Source of the DNA: Octopus sinensis
Lineage: Eukaryota
Direction: 5' to 3'
NCBI RefSeq assembly: GCF_006345805.1
Contig: NC_042998.1
Span: 140,616,001-140,680,000, forward strand
Length of the DNA: 64,000 nt
The notes under the pieces were generated by a model. That model was not told where the DNA came from and ran no database searches. It saw only the letters and a list, made by a program, of their open reading frames with translations. Below, one piece after another: positions 38,580 to 51,687 of the stretch; the stretch's first letter is position 1, and each line of letters begins with the position of its first letter. Both the position numbers and the translations under genes were made by a program.

Positions 38580-39868
38580 ACGATTGTTTGAAACTACCAC
38601 CACCATCACCACTGTCATCATCATCATCATCAGCAACAGCAGCAGCAGCAGCAGCAACAGCATCAACAGCAGTAGCAGCATCAACAGCAGCAGCAGAAGT
38701 AGCAGCAGTAGAAGTAGCAGCAGCGGCAGTAGCAGCGGCTGCGTCATCACCATGATTATCGTTGCTGACAACGTCGTTACGATTATTATTGTTTAAACAG
38801 GCAGAGATGGTTGTGGAGGAGGAAGTACAGGTGGTGCAGGTGGTGGAGGCAGTGGTCAGGAGTGGCGGATGATGGTGGTGGTGGTGGGTGTCATGTCGAT
38901 TTAATCGACCCTCAGTACTTAACTGGTAATTATTTTATTGACTGTTGAGATGAAAAGCGTAGTCAGTCCCAACGGGAAAACAATCACCGTCGGCATCATC
39001 ATCATCATCATCATCATCCTCATGACCATCATCATCATCATCATCATCATCATCACACTCAACCTCAATCACCTTCATCATCATCATGATCGATCACTAC
39101 CACCAACCATCACTACACCACCGTCATCCCCATCATCACCGTCATCATCATCACCATCATCATCATCATCGGAGATGATGATGACCGTGTTCGTCGTCAA
39201 CATCTTCATTATCATCGCCATCACTATTTATTATACGATGATGATGATGATGATGATGATAATGAAGATATTGGCGACACCAACGAACAAAAACAACAAA
39301 AAGAAGATACACGTGCATATATACACATATACACACATACATGCGCCTACGCACACACACGCACATATATACAGATGTATATATATATATATATATATAC
39401 ATGAATAAACATACACACATATATGTATGTGTTAGAGATTGTCTATGTATATATATATATACACACACACACGCACACCCACGTTATTATGCATACACAC
39501 ACACGCACACATACATACAGGCGCGCACACACACACAAGCATACACGCGCACACAATATATAAAACAGATAAAGTTGTCAAAGCTTTTGATCTACACAAG
39601 TTTATTTCTCCTGACAATGAAAACTGTTTTGCTGGTGGAGAAAATACTTCAAAGTAAATCGTACATGTTTTTGATCTGCAATACATCATACGTCGACCAA
39701 ACATGCAGAAAGCCTCACTCACTCACTCACTCACTCACTCAGTCACTCACTCAATCAATCAATCAATCACTCACTCACTCAATCACTGTCTTTCTTTCTC
39801 TCGCGCTCGCTCGCTCGCTCGCTCGCTCGCTCCCACTCAGTTTAGCTGTCTCTCTGTCGCTCATTGTC

Positions 39869-39911
<43 letters not shown>

Positions 39912-39981
39912 CTCATTCTCTTCTCTACATGCTATCGTCACCACCAGCACCACCGCCATCATCGCCGCCACCACAGCTATT

Positions 39982-40012
<31 letters not shown>

Positions 40013-40577
40013 GTCTCGCTCTTTCTCTCTCTTCACTATCCGGTTATCTAACCTGCCGGCTTACTGTGTAGACAACAATAAGTTACATGTCTCGCTGTGT
40101 TATCCGCCAACCGGAGCCGAAACCAAGCCAAACCAGACCAAAACAACAAACATTTACAAACATACTTAGACACACACACGCACACACAAACACGCAGGGA
40201 CACGCACACACGTATACGTACACACACACATACACGCACATACATACACTCACACACGTGCATAGATACATACATACTTACATACATACATACATACACA
40301 CACACACCTATACGTACATATATAATACATACGTAGGTATACACACACACACACACACACACACACATACCACACATACACACGCAAGCATACGTACACA
40401 TACATTTACGTACATACATATATACATACACCCACGCACATATATATATATACGTATATATACGTCCATACACGCATACATACACAGATACAGACATACA
40501 CATATCTTACATGTACACATACATATGAACGTACAAGGTACATACATACAAATAAACATACCTACACACACACACAT

Positions 40578-40634
<57 letters not shown>

Positions 40635-41087
40635 CACACACATACACACATACACACATACATACGGGCATACACATACGTACACCAAAGATTGTTTCTG
40701 GTTTCCAGCGATGCTGGATGACGTTGGGTGATGTCTGGGCGATGTCTGTGAGAGTATATTGGTGTGAAAGAGAAAAAGAGACGGCGGGGAGTGATGCTGA
40801 CGATGTTGGGGGATGTTAGACGGGAATGGAGGGAAGTTGAGGTCATTCGGGACTACTTCGATCCACTGCCAACCGCTCCCCCCCCCCCCATCCCATCATC
40901 ACACCCTCCACACCCACATACACCCCCCTACACACACACACACTTAGACATACACACACACATCCACTGCAATTTACAGCCTTGCAGATCTTGTTTTTCT
41001 GTCACATTTTCAGCCTTTCTTCTCCAAATCCGCCTTACTATATTCCTAAATCCTGCCCCCCTCTCTCTCTTTCTCCCTCTATGTGTG

Positions 41088-41150
<63 letters not shown>

Positions 41151-41337
41151 GTCGTACATATTAACACATATTGGACTTCTCGACTTTTCGACTTCTGTTT
41201 TCTCTCGGATTTTCTTGGCCAACTTCCTTACAATCTGCATCCTCCTTTTTTTTGCCGTTTCCTTTCTTTTCTTCTTCCTTTTTCTAATTCCTGCGTTGCT
41301 TTTCCTCTTCCTCTGTCCCCCCCTCTCTCTACATACA

Positions 41338-41371
<34 letters not shown>

Positions 41372-41837
41372 CGTACATACATACATACATACATATTTAC
41401 ATATATATATATACAAACATACATATATATGCACATTATATACATATACATATATATGTACACACACGCATAATGCATACACACACACACAGATATATAC
41501 ATATATACACACGTATATATAAATATACATATATATATATATAATGTATACACATTATAAATATATGTATATACACAATATATACACATACACATACATA
41601 TACATATACCTAAAATACATATATAGAAACGTGATCATATACACACAAAATATATATTACATACACACACATCACACATTTATATGTATGTATGTATGCA
41701 TCTATGTATTCATGTATGTATACATATGTGTGTGTATACAATTTTCGTCCAGGATGTTGGTTTTGTTTGTTTTTGAGTTTTTTGTTGGGTTGTCTAGGTC
41801 TGTTCCGTTTGTTGTTGATATTGTCGTTCCTTGCGGT

Positions 41838-41869
<32 letters not shown>

Positions 41870-41870
41870 A

Positions 41871-41916
<46 letters not shown>

Positions 41917-41957
41917 TATATATATATATAATATATATATATATATATGTATGTATA

Positions 41958-42035
<78 letters not shown>

Positions 42036-42059
42036 TATATATATGTATGTATATATGTG

Positions 42060-42098
<39 letters not shown>

Positions 42099-42743
42099 TA
42101 TATATACACATATATATATATGTATGTATGTATGTATGTATCTTCCCTTTCTCTCCTCTCTCACTCTCCTCTCTCAACTCCATCCTCACTCCAGCCACCC
42201 CTCCTAAACATCGTCTTCTTACCCCCTATATCGCCTTAGAATAACAATAACAACAACAACAACAACAGCAACAACAAATAGAACAATATATTTATTTCCA
42301 CTCATTTATTTTCCCCGCCATACAACCAACCCCCACCTACAGGCAACACCCTACCAATACCACCCCATGACCATCACCACGGCTGGCACAGGGGCCACTA
42401 GCCCCACCAGCAAACAACTGCGCTGTCCTTTGAACAGGTGAGAATGATATGTTACCCGGTGCTTCAGAAAGGATAGCTATCCCTCGGGCAGGACAGATAA
42501 TCATTGGTCCCAACACTACCAATACTACCACCACCACTACTACCACCACCACCACCACCACACCACCACCACCACCACCACCACCACCACCACCACCACC
42601 ACCATAGCCTCCGTCGTCGCCGTCACTACCACGACCGACTCCACCACCACCACCATCATAATCACCACCACCACCTCCCAATAATGATTTCTAATACTGG
42701 CACAAAGGCTACACGTTTGAGAGGAAGGGTGGAGTCGATTTTG

Positions 42744-42800
<57 letters not shown>

Positions 42801-43241
42801 GATGATGGTGGTGTGGTGGTGGTGGTGGTGGCGGTGGTAGAGATGCTGGTGGTACTGGTGATGGCGGTAGTGGTAGTGGTGACGGCGGCGGTAGTGGTGG
42901 TGGTGGTGGTGGTGGTGGTGTGGTGGTGGTGGTGGTGGCGGTGGTAGAGATGCTGGTGGTACTGGTGATGGCGGTAGTGGTAGTGGTGACGGCGGCGGTA
43001 GTGGTGGTGGTGGTGGTGATGGTGGTGGTGGTGGTGGTGGTGGTGGTGGTACTGCTGCTGCTGCAGGTACCGCTGGAGGCGGCGGCAACGATTACTTTTA
43101 TCTGCCACTGAGACGACGTTTGAGAAAGACAATCACAAAGACTTACATAAAATACGAGGATTTACGTAAAAAAAAAATATCGAATAAGGAAAAAAAAAAC
43201 TGATATACAAACTTAACATTGTATACAAATAATGAAAGGGC

Positions 43242-43300
<59 letters not shown>

Positions 43301-43310
43301 TAATAATAAT
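38580..43310. repeat. ~4.7 kb simple-repeat field (CAT, CAG, CA, CT, TA, ATAC, CAC, GGT, AAT) with small unique islands
   Basis: Direct inspection. Confidence 0.9.
42343..42437 (+). CDS. Candidate orphan internal exon (95 nt; ATPYQYHPMTITTAGTGATSPTSKQLRCPLN)
   Basis: Unique GC-rich island bounded by ccacctacAG| and |GTgaga; only one frame is open; no neighbouring exons found. Confidence 0.35.
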
Positions 43311-43312
43311 AA

Positions 43313-43858
43313 ATGCCCTGATGCAGTACCAGGCAGTGGCTCTCATGGCTTCTGATCTTAACTGATTGGAAGTGTTATCATGTACATTGTTTTGTCTTGG
43401 TATAAAAGATGGGCTACAGCAAATATTCTGCTCAATACCACAGATTTGCTTGTCAGTTGTTTGACCTTAACCAGTTGAGCATGTCCCTTAGTGGCTGACG
43501 ATATGTGCATCTCTGATCACGAGCAGAAGTAGTGGGGGAGCATCATAGCCATGTGTTGAGAGGGATTCTTTTTGGGGTTTGAATAGTTCACCTCTGGAAA
43601 CATGGGTGGTTCTTTCAACATCCTTAAACAACCCTTATTCAGGGACCGTTTGAGCGGGATGGGCTACTCAACCTGAAGAAAATTCTAACTGGGCCCCACC
43701 TGCTGTTTATCTTGATATGAGATCATCATGTCGCGCACATATGGTTGTGATGCATGTGCCTGGTGTACCTTTATCAGACGGGTAGTCATGATGGGTATAT
43801 TGGGCTTCGTATATTTTACCCCAGTGTCACTTTGATGGCATGAACTGCTCTCTCACTC

Positions 43859-43860
<2 letters not shown>
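43313..43860 (+). repeat. Unclassified repeat family E, full copy flanked by (AAT)n on both sides
   Basis: Highly similar to 44484-45020; no ORF and no tRNA head seen. Confidence 0.85.
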
Positions 43861-43901
<41 letters not shown>

Positions 43902-44190
43902 TACGCACATACACATACATACATATACACACACACATATAGACACATTTCATAGAGGGGTGGCAGAAACGGGGGTAAAAAATATTCAGACAAATACATA
44001 ACAAAAACACCAGGACTTACAAACACATATAACATACAGAAAATTGCACTACTAGGCACTGCACACATCCTACGCAGAACACTTTCCATACAATAACCAT
44101 CAGAGCATCACAACAAATCACAGCACATACCCAAGGCACACAGAGCTGCGCTCGGTAGTGAAGTGGAAGCACGCTATAAAAATAAAACTA

Positions 44191-44240
<50 letters not shown>

Positions 44241-44284
44241 TAATAATAATAATAATAACAATAATAATGATAATAATTATTTCT

Positions 44285-44482
44285 GCTACAGGCACAAAGG
44301 CCTTAAATTGTCAGGGAGGGACTAGTCGATTACATCGACACCAGTGTTTCACTGGTACTTAATTTATCGACCCCGAAAGGATGAAAGATAAAGTTGACTT
44401 CGGCGGAATTTGAACTCAGAACGTAGCAATGGATGAAATGCCACTAAGCATTTCGTCCGGCGCGCTAACGATTCTGCCAGAT
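44285..44482 (-). mobile_element. SINE family A (right-type monomer with head)
   Basis: gtcgattacatcgac..ccagtgtttcactggtacttaatttatcgaccccgaaaggatgaaag..ggcggaatttgaactcagaacgta..gctaacgattctgccag. Confidence 0.9.
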
Positions 44483-44483
44483 T

Positions 44484-45020
44484 GCAGTGGCTCTCGTGGC
44501 TTCTGATCTTAACTGATTAGGAGTGTTATCATGTACATTGTTTTGTCTTGGTATAAAAGATGGGCTACAGCAAATATTCTGCTCAATAGCATAGATTTGC
44601 TTGTCAGTTGTTTGACCTTAACCAGTTGAGCATGTCCCTTAGTGGCTGACGATATGTACATCTCTGATCACGAGCAGAAGTAGTAGGGGAGCATCATAGC
44701 CATGTGTTGAGAGGGATTCTTTGGGTTTGAATAATTCACTTCTGGAAACATGGGTGTTTTGTTCAACATCCTTAAAAATCCCTTATACAGGAACCTTTTG
44801 AGCAGGATGGGTTAATCGACCAGAAGAAAATTCTAACTGGGTCCCACTTGCAAGGTCATGCGCTGTTTATCTTGATATGAGATCACCAAGTCGCACACAT
44901 ATGTTTGTGATGCACATGCCTAGTCTACCCTTATCAGACGGGTAGTCATGATGGGTATACTGGGCTTCGTATATTTTACCCCAGTGTCACTTTGATGGCA
45001 TGCACTGCTCTCTAACTCGA
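44484..45020 (+). repeat. Unclassified repeat family E, second copy, ending in (AAT)n
   Basis: Homologous to 43335-43860. Confidence 0.85.
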
Positions 45021-45028
45021 TAATAATA

Positions 45029-45088
<60 letters not shown>

Positions 45089-45361
45089 TATTTTTATTGG
45101 CCACAAGGGCTGACACACATGATTAGTAAACATAAAGGGACAAAACAGGACGAAAGGTTACAAAGGGTTTTGTCCGTTTTTGAAAAAATCCGAGTAAAGA
45201 CTGTTTAACAACGAAAGATTATAACAATGAAAAAACTCCCAATAGGGGGAGGCGCTTCGAAAGTTTCCTGGTGGAAAAAAACCCCATAAAAGCCAACGGG
45301 AGCCTGGTCAAAAGGGGGGGGGGTAGAGAGCCCCTTTCTCCTTTTATAAAACCTTTTTCAA

Positions 45362-48300
45362 TCACAGGCGAAACCTTAGAATTGGTCCATTTATACTGGC
45401 CATTCTCGCACAATTCACCCACCTTTCAGAAAACTTGCTATCGGACAGCACTCTCCTCTCTAACCTCATCTTCCTTTTCAAGTGAAACTTGAAAAAGTTG
45501 ATGAGGCCTTGACCAAAAAGGAATGTGTCTGACTTTAGCCCTTTCAAACGGGTCCACCATACAACTTCTTTCGCCACAGCCACTAGGCATAAGAAAACGG
45601 CCTCGCCCTCCCTGTTAAAGGAGGTCGGCGGGGCAATCTACACTATAGATTCAGCTGATAGCCGGATCCGTCCTACACGTGACAGTAGCTGTTCGACATA
45701 AACCCATAGTTCAGCAATACTCGGGCACTGGACGAGTGCGTGCAGAACGGTTTCGTCGTCCTGGCAACACCTCGGGCAGGCCCGGCTGACGGCACTTCCG
45801 TGCCGGTAGAGTTTATCCCGAACAGGCAGAGCCCCTCGGTAGCACTGCCAGGCGAGCGACCTCTGGAAATTATCCATTGGCCCCGGCCCGAAAGTCCTTC
45901 CAAACAGACCGCTCAGTTCGTTATCGTCAACGCCTAGAGTTTCCCCGAGAACGTCGTCGCATTTTTCCTCCACTAACCCCCTATAGAACGCTAGAGTGGA
46001 GCTGAAACCGATCGCATTGCCTGCCTGGCGGAAGGCGGAGAGAGCTTGACGGTACTCGAGGTACCAAGCGCCCTTTCTCGGTCTACGTTTGATCCAGGTC
46101 TGCAGCTCTGTCGAAGAGACGAGCTGCGGAAAGTCGCGTCTGACAAAAGACGACCACACCTGTTCACCGTCTAGGAAACGCTTGAGATGTCGCAGCCTGA
46201 GCGCATGTCTGCGCATCTGTAACCACGGCATGCCAAGGCCTCCGTTCAGCGGTCGTTGACAGCAGATGGATCGCCTGACCAGTGGCACCTGACCCTTCCA
46301 CAAAAAGTCGGAGAGCAGGCGTACCAGCTTGGCCAACCAGCGGTTGGGACAAGGAACGACGGTCAAGCGTTAATAGATGACGGATGCGATGTACGCATTC
46401 GCCACCTCCGCTCGACCTTTCAGGGACAGCTTCCTCTCGGCCCATTTCTGCCACCCTGCTCGTCACCTCTTCCTAGTTTTTATCCACCTGGAGGTCCGGA
46501 CCGAACCAGACCCCGAGCAGTTTAACGGGTCCGTCTGTCCAGCGCCCTACGACGCTGTTGGACGGCATGGGCTTGCCTCTCCAGGTGCCCAGTTGCAAGC
46601 CCACAGACTTTTCCGCGTTAATCTTTGCCCCTGTCACCGCTTCGTACTCGTTTAGTGTCTCGCCAATCAGGCCAATGTGCCTATGGCTCGACACCATCAC
46701 GGTGACGTCGTCGGCATAGGCAGACACGCTGTTTCCGTCTCCTAGATCGCGCGGGATACCCCTCAAAGCCTCCAACTTGCGCAGTAATGGCTCGAGAGTC
46801 AATATGTACAAGAGGGAGGAGAGAGGGCATCCTTGGCGGATCGGACGCGAGATGTCGAACGGTTCCGAAAGGTGACCGTTCACCCGTATCACCGAGCAGA
46901 TGTTGCTGTATAAAGCAGCGATCCACCCGCGGAAGGCTGGACCGAAGCCGGCTGCCTTGAGAACAGCTGCCAGGTACCGATGGTCGACCCTATCGAAGGC
47001 TTTACTCTGATCTAAGTTGATCAAAGCCCCACCCGCGCCAGCGTCGTTACCCACCCTCTCTATGAGATGGAGGTCGTCGTGTATCGACCTGGTTGGCACG
47101 GCGCATGTCTGCGTCTTGCCGACCAGCTTGTCCACGACAAGCGCCAATCTCTTGGCTAGCACCTTGGCCAAAATCTTCAACTCTGCATTGAGCAGAGTGA
47201 TGGGCCGAAAATTCCCTATAACTTCCCCCTTGTTTAGGTCCTTTTTTTAGCAAAGCCACCACCCTTCGACAGACAAAAGCAGGAATTCTCCCATTTTGCT
47301 GCCAGTTGGAGTTGACGTTTGCCAACAGGACCGCAAACAAGTCTGGCATTGAAGTGTAAAGCTCGTAGGGCAGACCATCCAAACCCGGCGATCTACCTCT
47401 CGTGCAACTCTTCATTGCTTCCTCCACTTCCCAGGCAGATATCGGTCCTTCGCAACACTCTGCCTCGCTGTCCGAGAGTTGCGGTAGGCCGTCCAGGTAC
47501 ACACCGAAGTCTGCACCATTGTGCGTTCACCGCTCGTCCCAAACAGTTGAGCAAAGTGCCGCTGAAACACCGTACACATCTGCTTCGGTTCGGTAACCTC
47601 GCGCCCGTTCTGGTCCACCAAAGACTGAATGGTTGCTTTGCTGCTTCGTTTCGCCTCCGCCACGCGGGCCCATCGAGCGGCTCTAGTCCCCTCCCCGCTT
47701 AGCGAACGTGCCTTAGCTCTGACAACGCAGCCTTCGTGTTTGGCGTCAAGGTGTTGGTCGAGGGCCAACCTTGCCGCCAACACGTCGGTCGCGATGCCAG
47801 TCTCAAGAGCCTCGTCTAGTTTCTTAACTAAATCCCGCTCTCTCTTCCTACGTTCAATAGCTAGAGTCTTACTAAACCTAATCGACTCTACTCTAATTGC
47901 TCTCTTGAGGGCAAACCACCGTGGTTGCCCCCGTGAGCGCCCGCTTAACTAGTAAACTAATCCGGTCTCTGTAAGCTTTGCACGCCGTTAACAACGCGTT
48001 CAGCTTCCAGTAGCCGGGTCCCTGTCTATGTAGCCTATCTAAGTCGACTGTACAGATCACGAACTTGTGGTCCGTGTAGTCGACTAGGTGGAATTGTGGA
48101 CACCCTATGCTGTCCTTATCCGCTGGCCTACAAAACACTCTATCTAAGTACGATCTAGACGACCCGATGCGATTGGTCCAAGTCCACATTGGCACATTCG
48201 GGTTGTCTAATCGAAACCTATCGGACAGCTGAAAGCGGCCGAGTAGGTTGGCGAGGCTCTTGCACCCTCTTCTCCTATCAGACGCTCCCCTGCCCACCCG

Positions 48301-48756
48301 ATCGAAACGTTCGTCTAAGACAGCGTTCCAATCCCCAACTAGCACTAGAGTGCGTGATGTTCCCAGGAAAACTTCCAGACGCTTGAAATAATCCGACTGC
48401 CCTGCTCCTGTCGGAGCGTAGGCAGCCAGCAGTCTGAAAGCACCACCGTCACTACCATCTACGTCGAGGACCACCAACTTACCTTCCGGATCCAGGAAGA
48501 CTGTCCTTATTTTCAAGTCCAGGCCCTTCCGAAACAACACCGCAGTACCACCACCGCCCGCTCCCGGCCGACACGGAGATAGAAATATCTCGTATCCGCC
48601 GAAAAGAGCTGCGAGTTCCTGCGGGTCGGAGAGCCTGGTTTCACTGATGGCTTCTACATCCACATCATGAAACCTCAGGTCGTTTAACAGGTTACCCTGT
48701 TTCCAAGGTGACCCGAGGCCTCTCACATTCAAGCAACCGATTCTAAGTTTTGCCAT
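45362..48756 (-). pseudogene. Tx1 ORF2 (APE endonuclease + RT + C-terminal Cys/His region), disrupted
   Basis: IGCLNVRGL, ISETR, LVGDWN, SYLDR, DHK; SPGLDGLPYELY, RPITLLN.E.KILAK, LDQSKAFDRVDH, IRQGCPLS, AYADD; CPRC..DETVLHALVQC; several frameshifts and in-frame stops. Confidence 0.93.
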
Positions 48757-48759
48757 GTT

Positions 48760-48871
48760 TCAAAGGTGGGGAAAAAGATAAAAGGAGAAAAAGGCTCTAC
48801 TTACTGCTGTTGGTGGTGATGATGGTGTTGGTGGTGTCGCAGCCTTTGGTGTTTCGTGCTGTTGTTGTTTC

Positions 48872-48902
<31 letters not shown>

Positions 48903-49946
48903 GCTGCTGCTGCTGCTGCCTCTTGCCGTTTGCCTCCATTCTTTTCTTGTAAATGGAGCAGTCCCTTTTTAGGTGGCTTTCGCTGCTGCAGAGGTAACAT
49001 TTTGGCTTTCACCCCTCCACAGCAACGTGTAGCCTGGTGCCGTCCGGCAAATTAACGGAATCTGGGATCGTGTTGATGTTTTCTTGCTGAATCTGTGCCA
49101 GGAGCAGCACTCCCATTCCTAACCAGTTCTTTTCCTTCACTCTCCGTACATCGAGAATAGTGGCAGTGTCCTCTATGTCATAGAGGACAGCTGCCACCAG
49201 CCATGATATATCGAGTTCTGGGGGGACGAGGTCGATTTTTATTTTCGTTACTCTCCGCCCAAGTTGGGTTGGGACGAGTAACAAATTTTCTGTTTGCAAG
49301 GGCGAAATGGCATGCGCCCTTGCTTCCTCCTCCGTTCGGAAACGAACCTCTACGGTTCCAAAACGCTTCCCCTTGGTTACGTAGCTCTTTTGGCCCCAAA
49401 TGGGCTTTAGAGCTATTTCCAATTGTTGGGGTGTAGCGTTTGTTAGTTTTTTACATTTTTTATCGAAAATTTTTGTAGGTGATTGTTTTTTTTTATTTGT
49501 TTCATCAATCACTTCTTGTTGAGTATTGAGGAAAATGCTATTGCCTTCTTTCCTCAATAACTCCTTTGCCTTTTTAATGTCCTGTATCGTGATTTTTATT
49601 TCATCCGAAACCTGCTTCGCAGCGGAAGCAAAACCGTTGGAATTTTCTTCACTTCTTTTTTGTTCGTGCTTGTGTCTATGTTAGTCATGGCTTTCCCTTC
49701 CTCCCTCTCCGGTACCATAGCATTGGTGGAGGGCAGAGGAGGGAAATCTTCAATGACGTCGAAAGTGACTTCCTGGTTTTCTTTCTCCTTTCGAACGGTG
49801 CACGTGCTTTCAGCTTCGGAAGGAGGATCTTTGTTGCCTTTTATGGCGCGAAGTGGGCGGTTTGGAAAAGTTTTTGACAATGTGTGTGTTTGCAGAGGGT
49901 GTGGTGTTGGGAGAAAGGAACAGCCGACTGCTCGCTTCATAGCCAT
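48760..49946 (-). pseudogene. Tx1 ORF1, frameshifted
   Basis: Consecutive ORFs 49596..49946, 49009..49557 and 48797..49012 lie directly upstream of ORF2; RRM-like segment GTVEVRF.TEEEA. Confidence 0.75.
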
Positions 49947-50094
49947 GTTTGTTGAAATGTATGTGTATAATTTTCAAAATGTTCAAATTTTTAAACGTAA
50001 TTTTACCCCCAATGGGGTAAAATTTTGCCTAGCCAACTAGCTCCGCAAGAAGTTAGTCGGAATAATAATAATGCTGATGACGACGACGACGATA

Positions 50095-50620
50095 ATTTTT
50101 TTATTGGGCACAAGGGTCCAAGACATTGAAGACTACATCAAAAGACGAAATACAACACGCAAAAAGAAAGTGGGGTTTGCATCGATCAAAAGCGGAAACA
50201 ACAAAAGTCAGAAAATAAATAAATCCCCAAATAGAATCATAATAGCTGAGTAGCAGGTAGAGTAATTCGGGGGTGGGGAACCCCTACACACAAAGAGGTC
50301 CTCGGATTTACTCTGTCGTCTTCGAGGTATCGAAAGTGTCTTCTACCATTTTCTTTCCTTCTGCCTAGAAAAGTGTACTTAATATAGGCTAACTAGGTTT
50401 CACTAAGTCTTGCCACTCCCATCAACCTTTCGATAAACACACAATTCATATCTCTTTCTGTACCCTCACCTTCTTCTTCAAATGATAGTTGAAGATATTG
50501 ATGAGAGCATAACCAGGTAGGAAAGTACTTGTCTTCAAACTAGTTAAATGGTTAAACTACACAGCTTCTTTCGCCACCAAAGACGAGAGATTTACTGCCC
50601 TACAATCGCAAAGGAAGGGG
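50095..50620 (-). pseudogene. 3' fragment of a second, diverged Tx1 family
   Basis: ..VAKEAV....LINIFNYHLKKKVRV matches AVAKEVV..LINFFKFHLKRKMRL; 3' end cccttgtgcccaataaaaaat. Confidence 0.8.
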
Positions 50621-50959
50621 ATGCATAGGTTTTCACAACAGACTTCAGACAGCCAGATTCGTTTTAACATGAGACAGGAGCTGCTTGACACAAGTCCACG
50701 TGTCACTAATGCACGGACACTGAACTATTGCGTGCAGCACGGTTTTGGCACAAGGCCAACAATTCTGAGGAGAGGCGAGGCAAAGTTGACTACTACGACT
50801 TCAATACTTGACTGGTACTTTATTTTATCGACATTGGAAGAAAAAGATAAAAAAATCCCACCCCGGAGAGGAATTTATACGTCACAGAATCTGCGAGACC
50901 CTCCTTATGAACCTATGGTTGAGGAAGGACTTTTGATCATTTTTTATATCATTATTGTA

Positions 50960-50990
<31 letters not shown>

Positions 50991-51054
50991 CTGTGTGCGT
51001 GTGTTTGTGTGTGTCTGTGTGCGTGTGTTTGTGTGTGTATGTGTATATTGTGTA

Positions 51055-51099
<45 letters not shown>

Positions 51100-51103
<4 letters not shown>

Positions 51104-51635
51104 CAGAACTTTATACATTCTGTAGGCGAACCGTATGTCGAGGCAGATATCGTATTATACAGTTCAAAATTGGGTGTAATTGACACCCTTGTTTACCTAG
51201 GAAGCATGCTCTCTATGGATGCCCATCACGCTAAATGCAGAAATACATCTACGCATTCAGAAAGCGTCTGAGGCATTTAGGAAGCTCGAAAAAAGAGTCT
51301 ATGAAAACCACAGCGTCACCAAAAGATTCACCTGAACGTTTAGGAGTGTATAGTAACTGTTATGTTGTACTCTTCTGAAACATCGACATTACAACGTAGG
51401 CATCTCAAGCTGCTTGAGCGCTTCCATGAAAGATGTTTGAGTCACAAGCTCACCTTCAAATGGCAAAGAAAAACACCCGAAGCAGAAGAAAAGATGGGAT
51501 GCACAAGAATCCAGTCACTCATCATATCTATTCAGATGCGCTGGGTAGGTCATGTACAAATGGAGGGTAACAGGATTCCAAAGCAGCTGTTCTAAGGTGA
51601 TCTGTGCACTGGAAGGCGTCCTTACCACAAACCAC
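51100..51635 (+). pseudogene. Degenerate RTE RT C-terminal fragment
   Basis: LVYLGSMLS..RIQKASEAF.KLEKRV; LYSSET.TL.RRHLKLLERFH.RCL; QMRW.GHV.MEG.RIPKQLF. Confidence 0.88.
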
Positions 51636-51652
51636 ATGTATGCATGTATATA

Positions 51653-51687
<35 letters not shown>

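Larger units (their letters stand above)
45086..50060 (-). mobile_element. Near full-length Tx1-clade L1 retrotransposon (inactive)
   Basis: 5' UTR, ORF1, ORF2 (APE-RT-Cys-rich), 3' UTR ending cccttgtggccaataaaaat; (ATT)n on both flanks. Confidence 0.93.

Noticed and set aside
42790-43060. Duplicated GGT-rich unit that could encode a Gly-rich peptide
   Set aside because: The frame is broken by gtgtgg indels and there are no splice signals; treated as a simple-repeat duplication.
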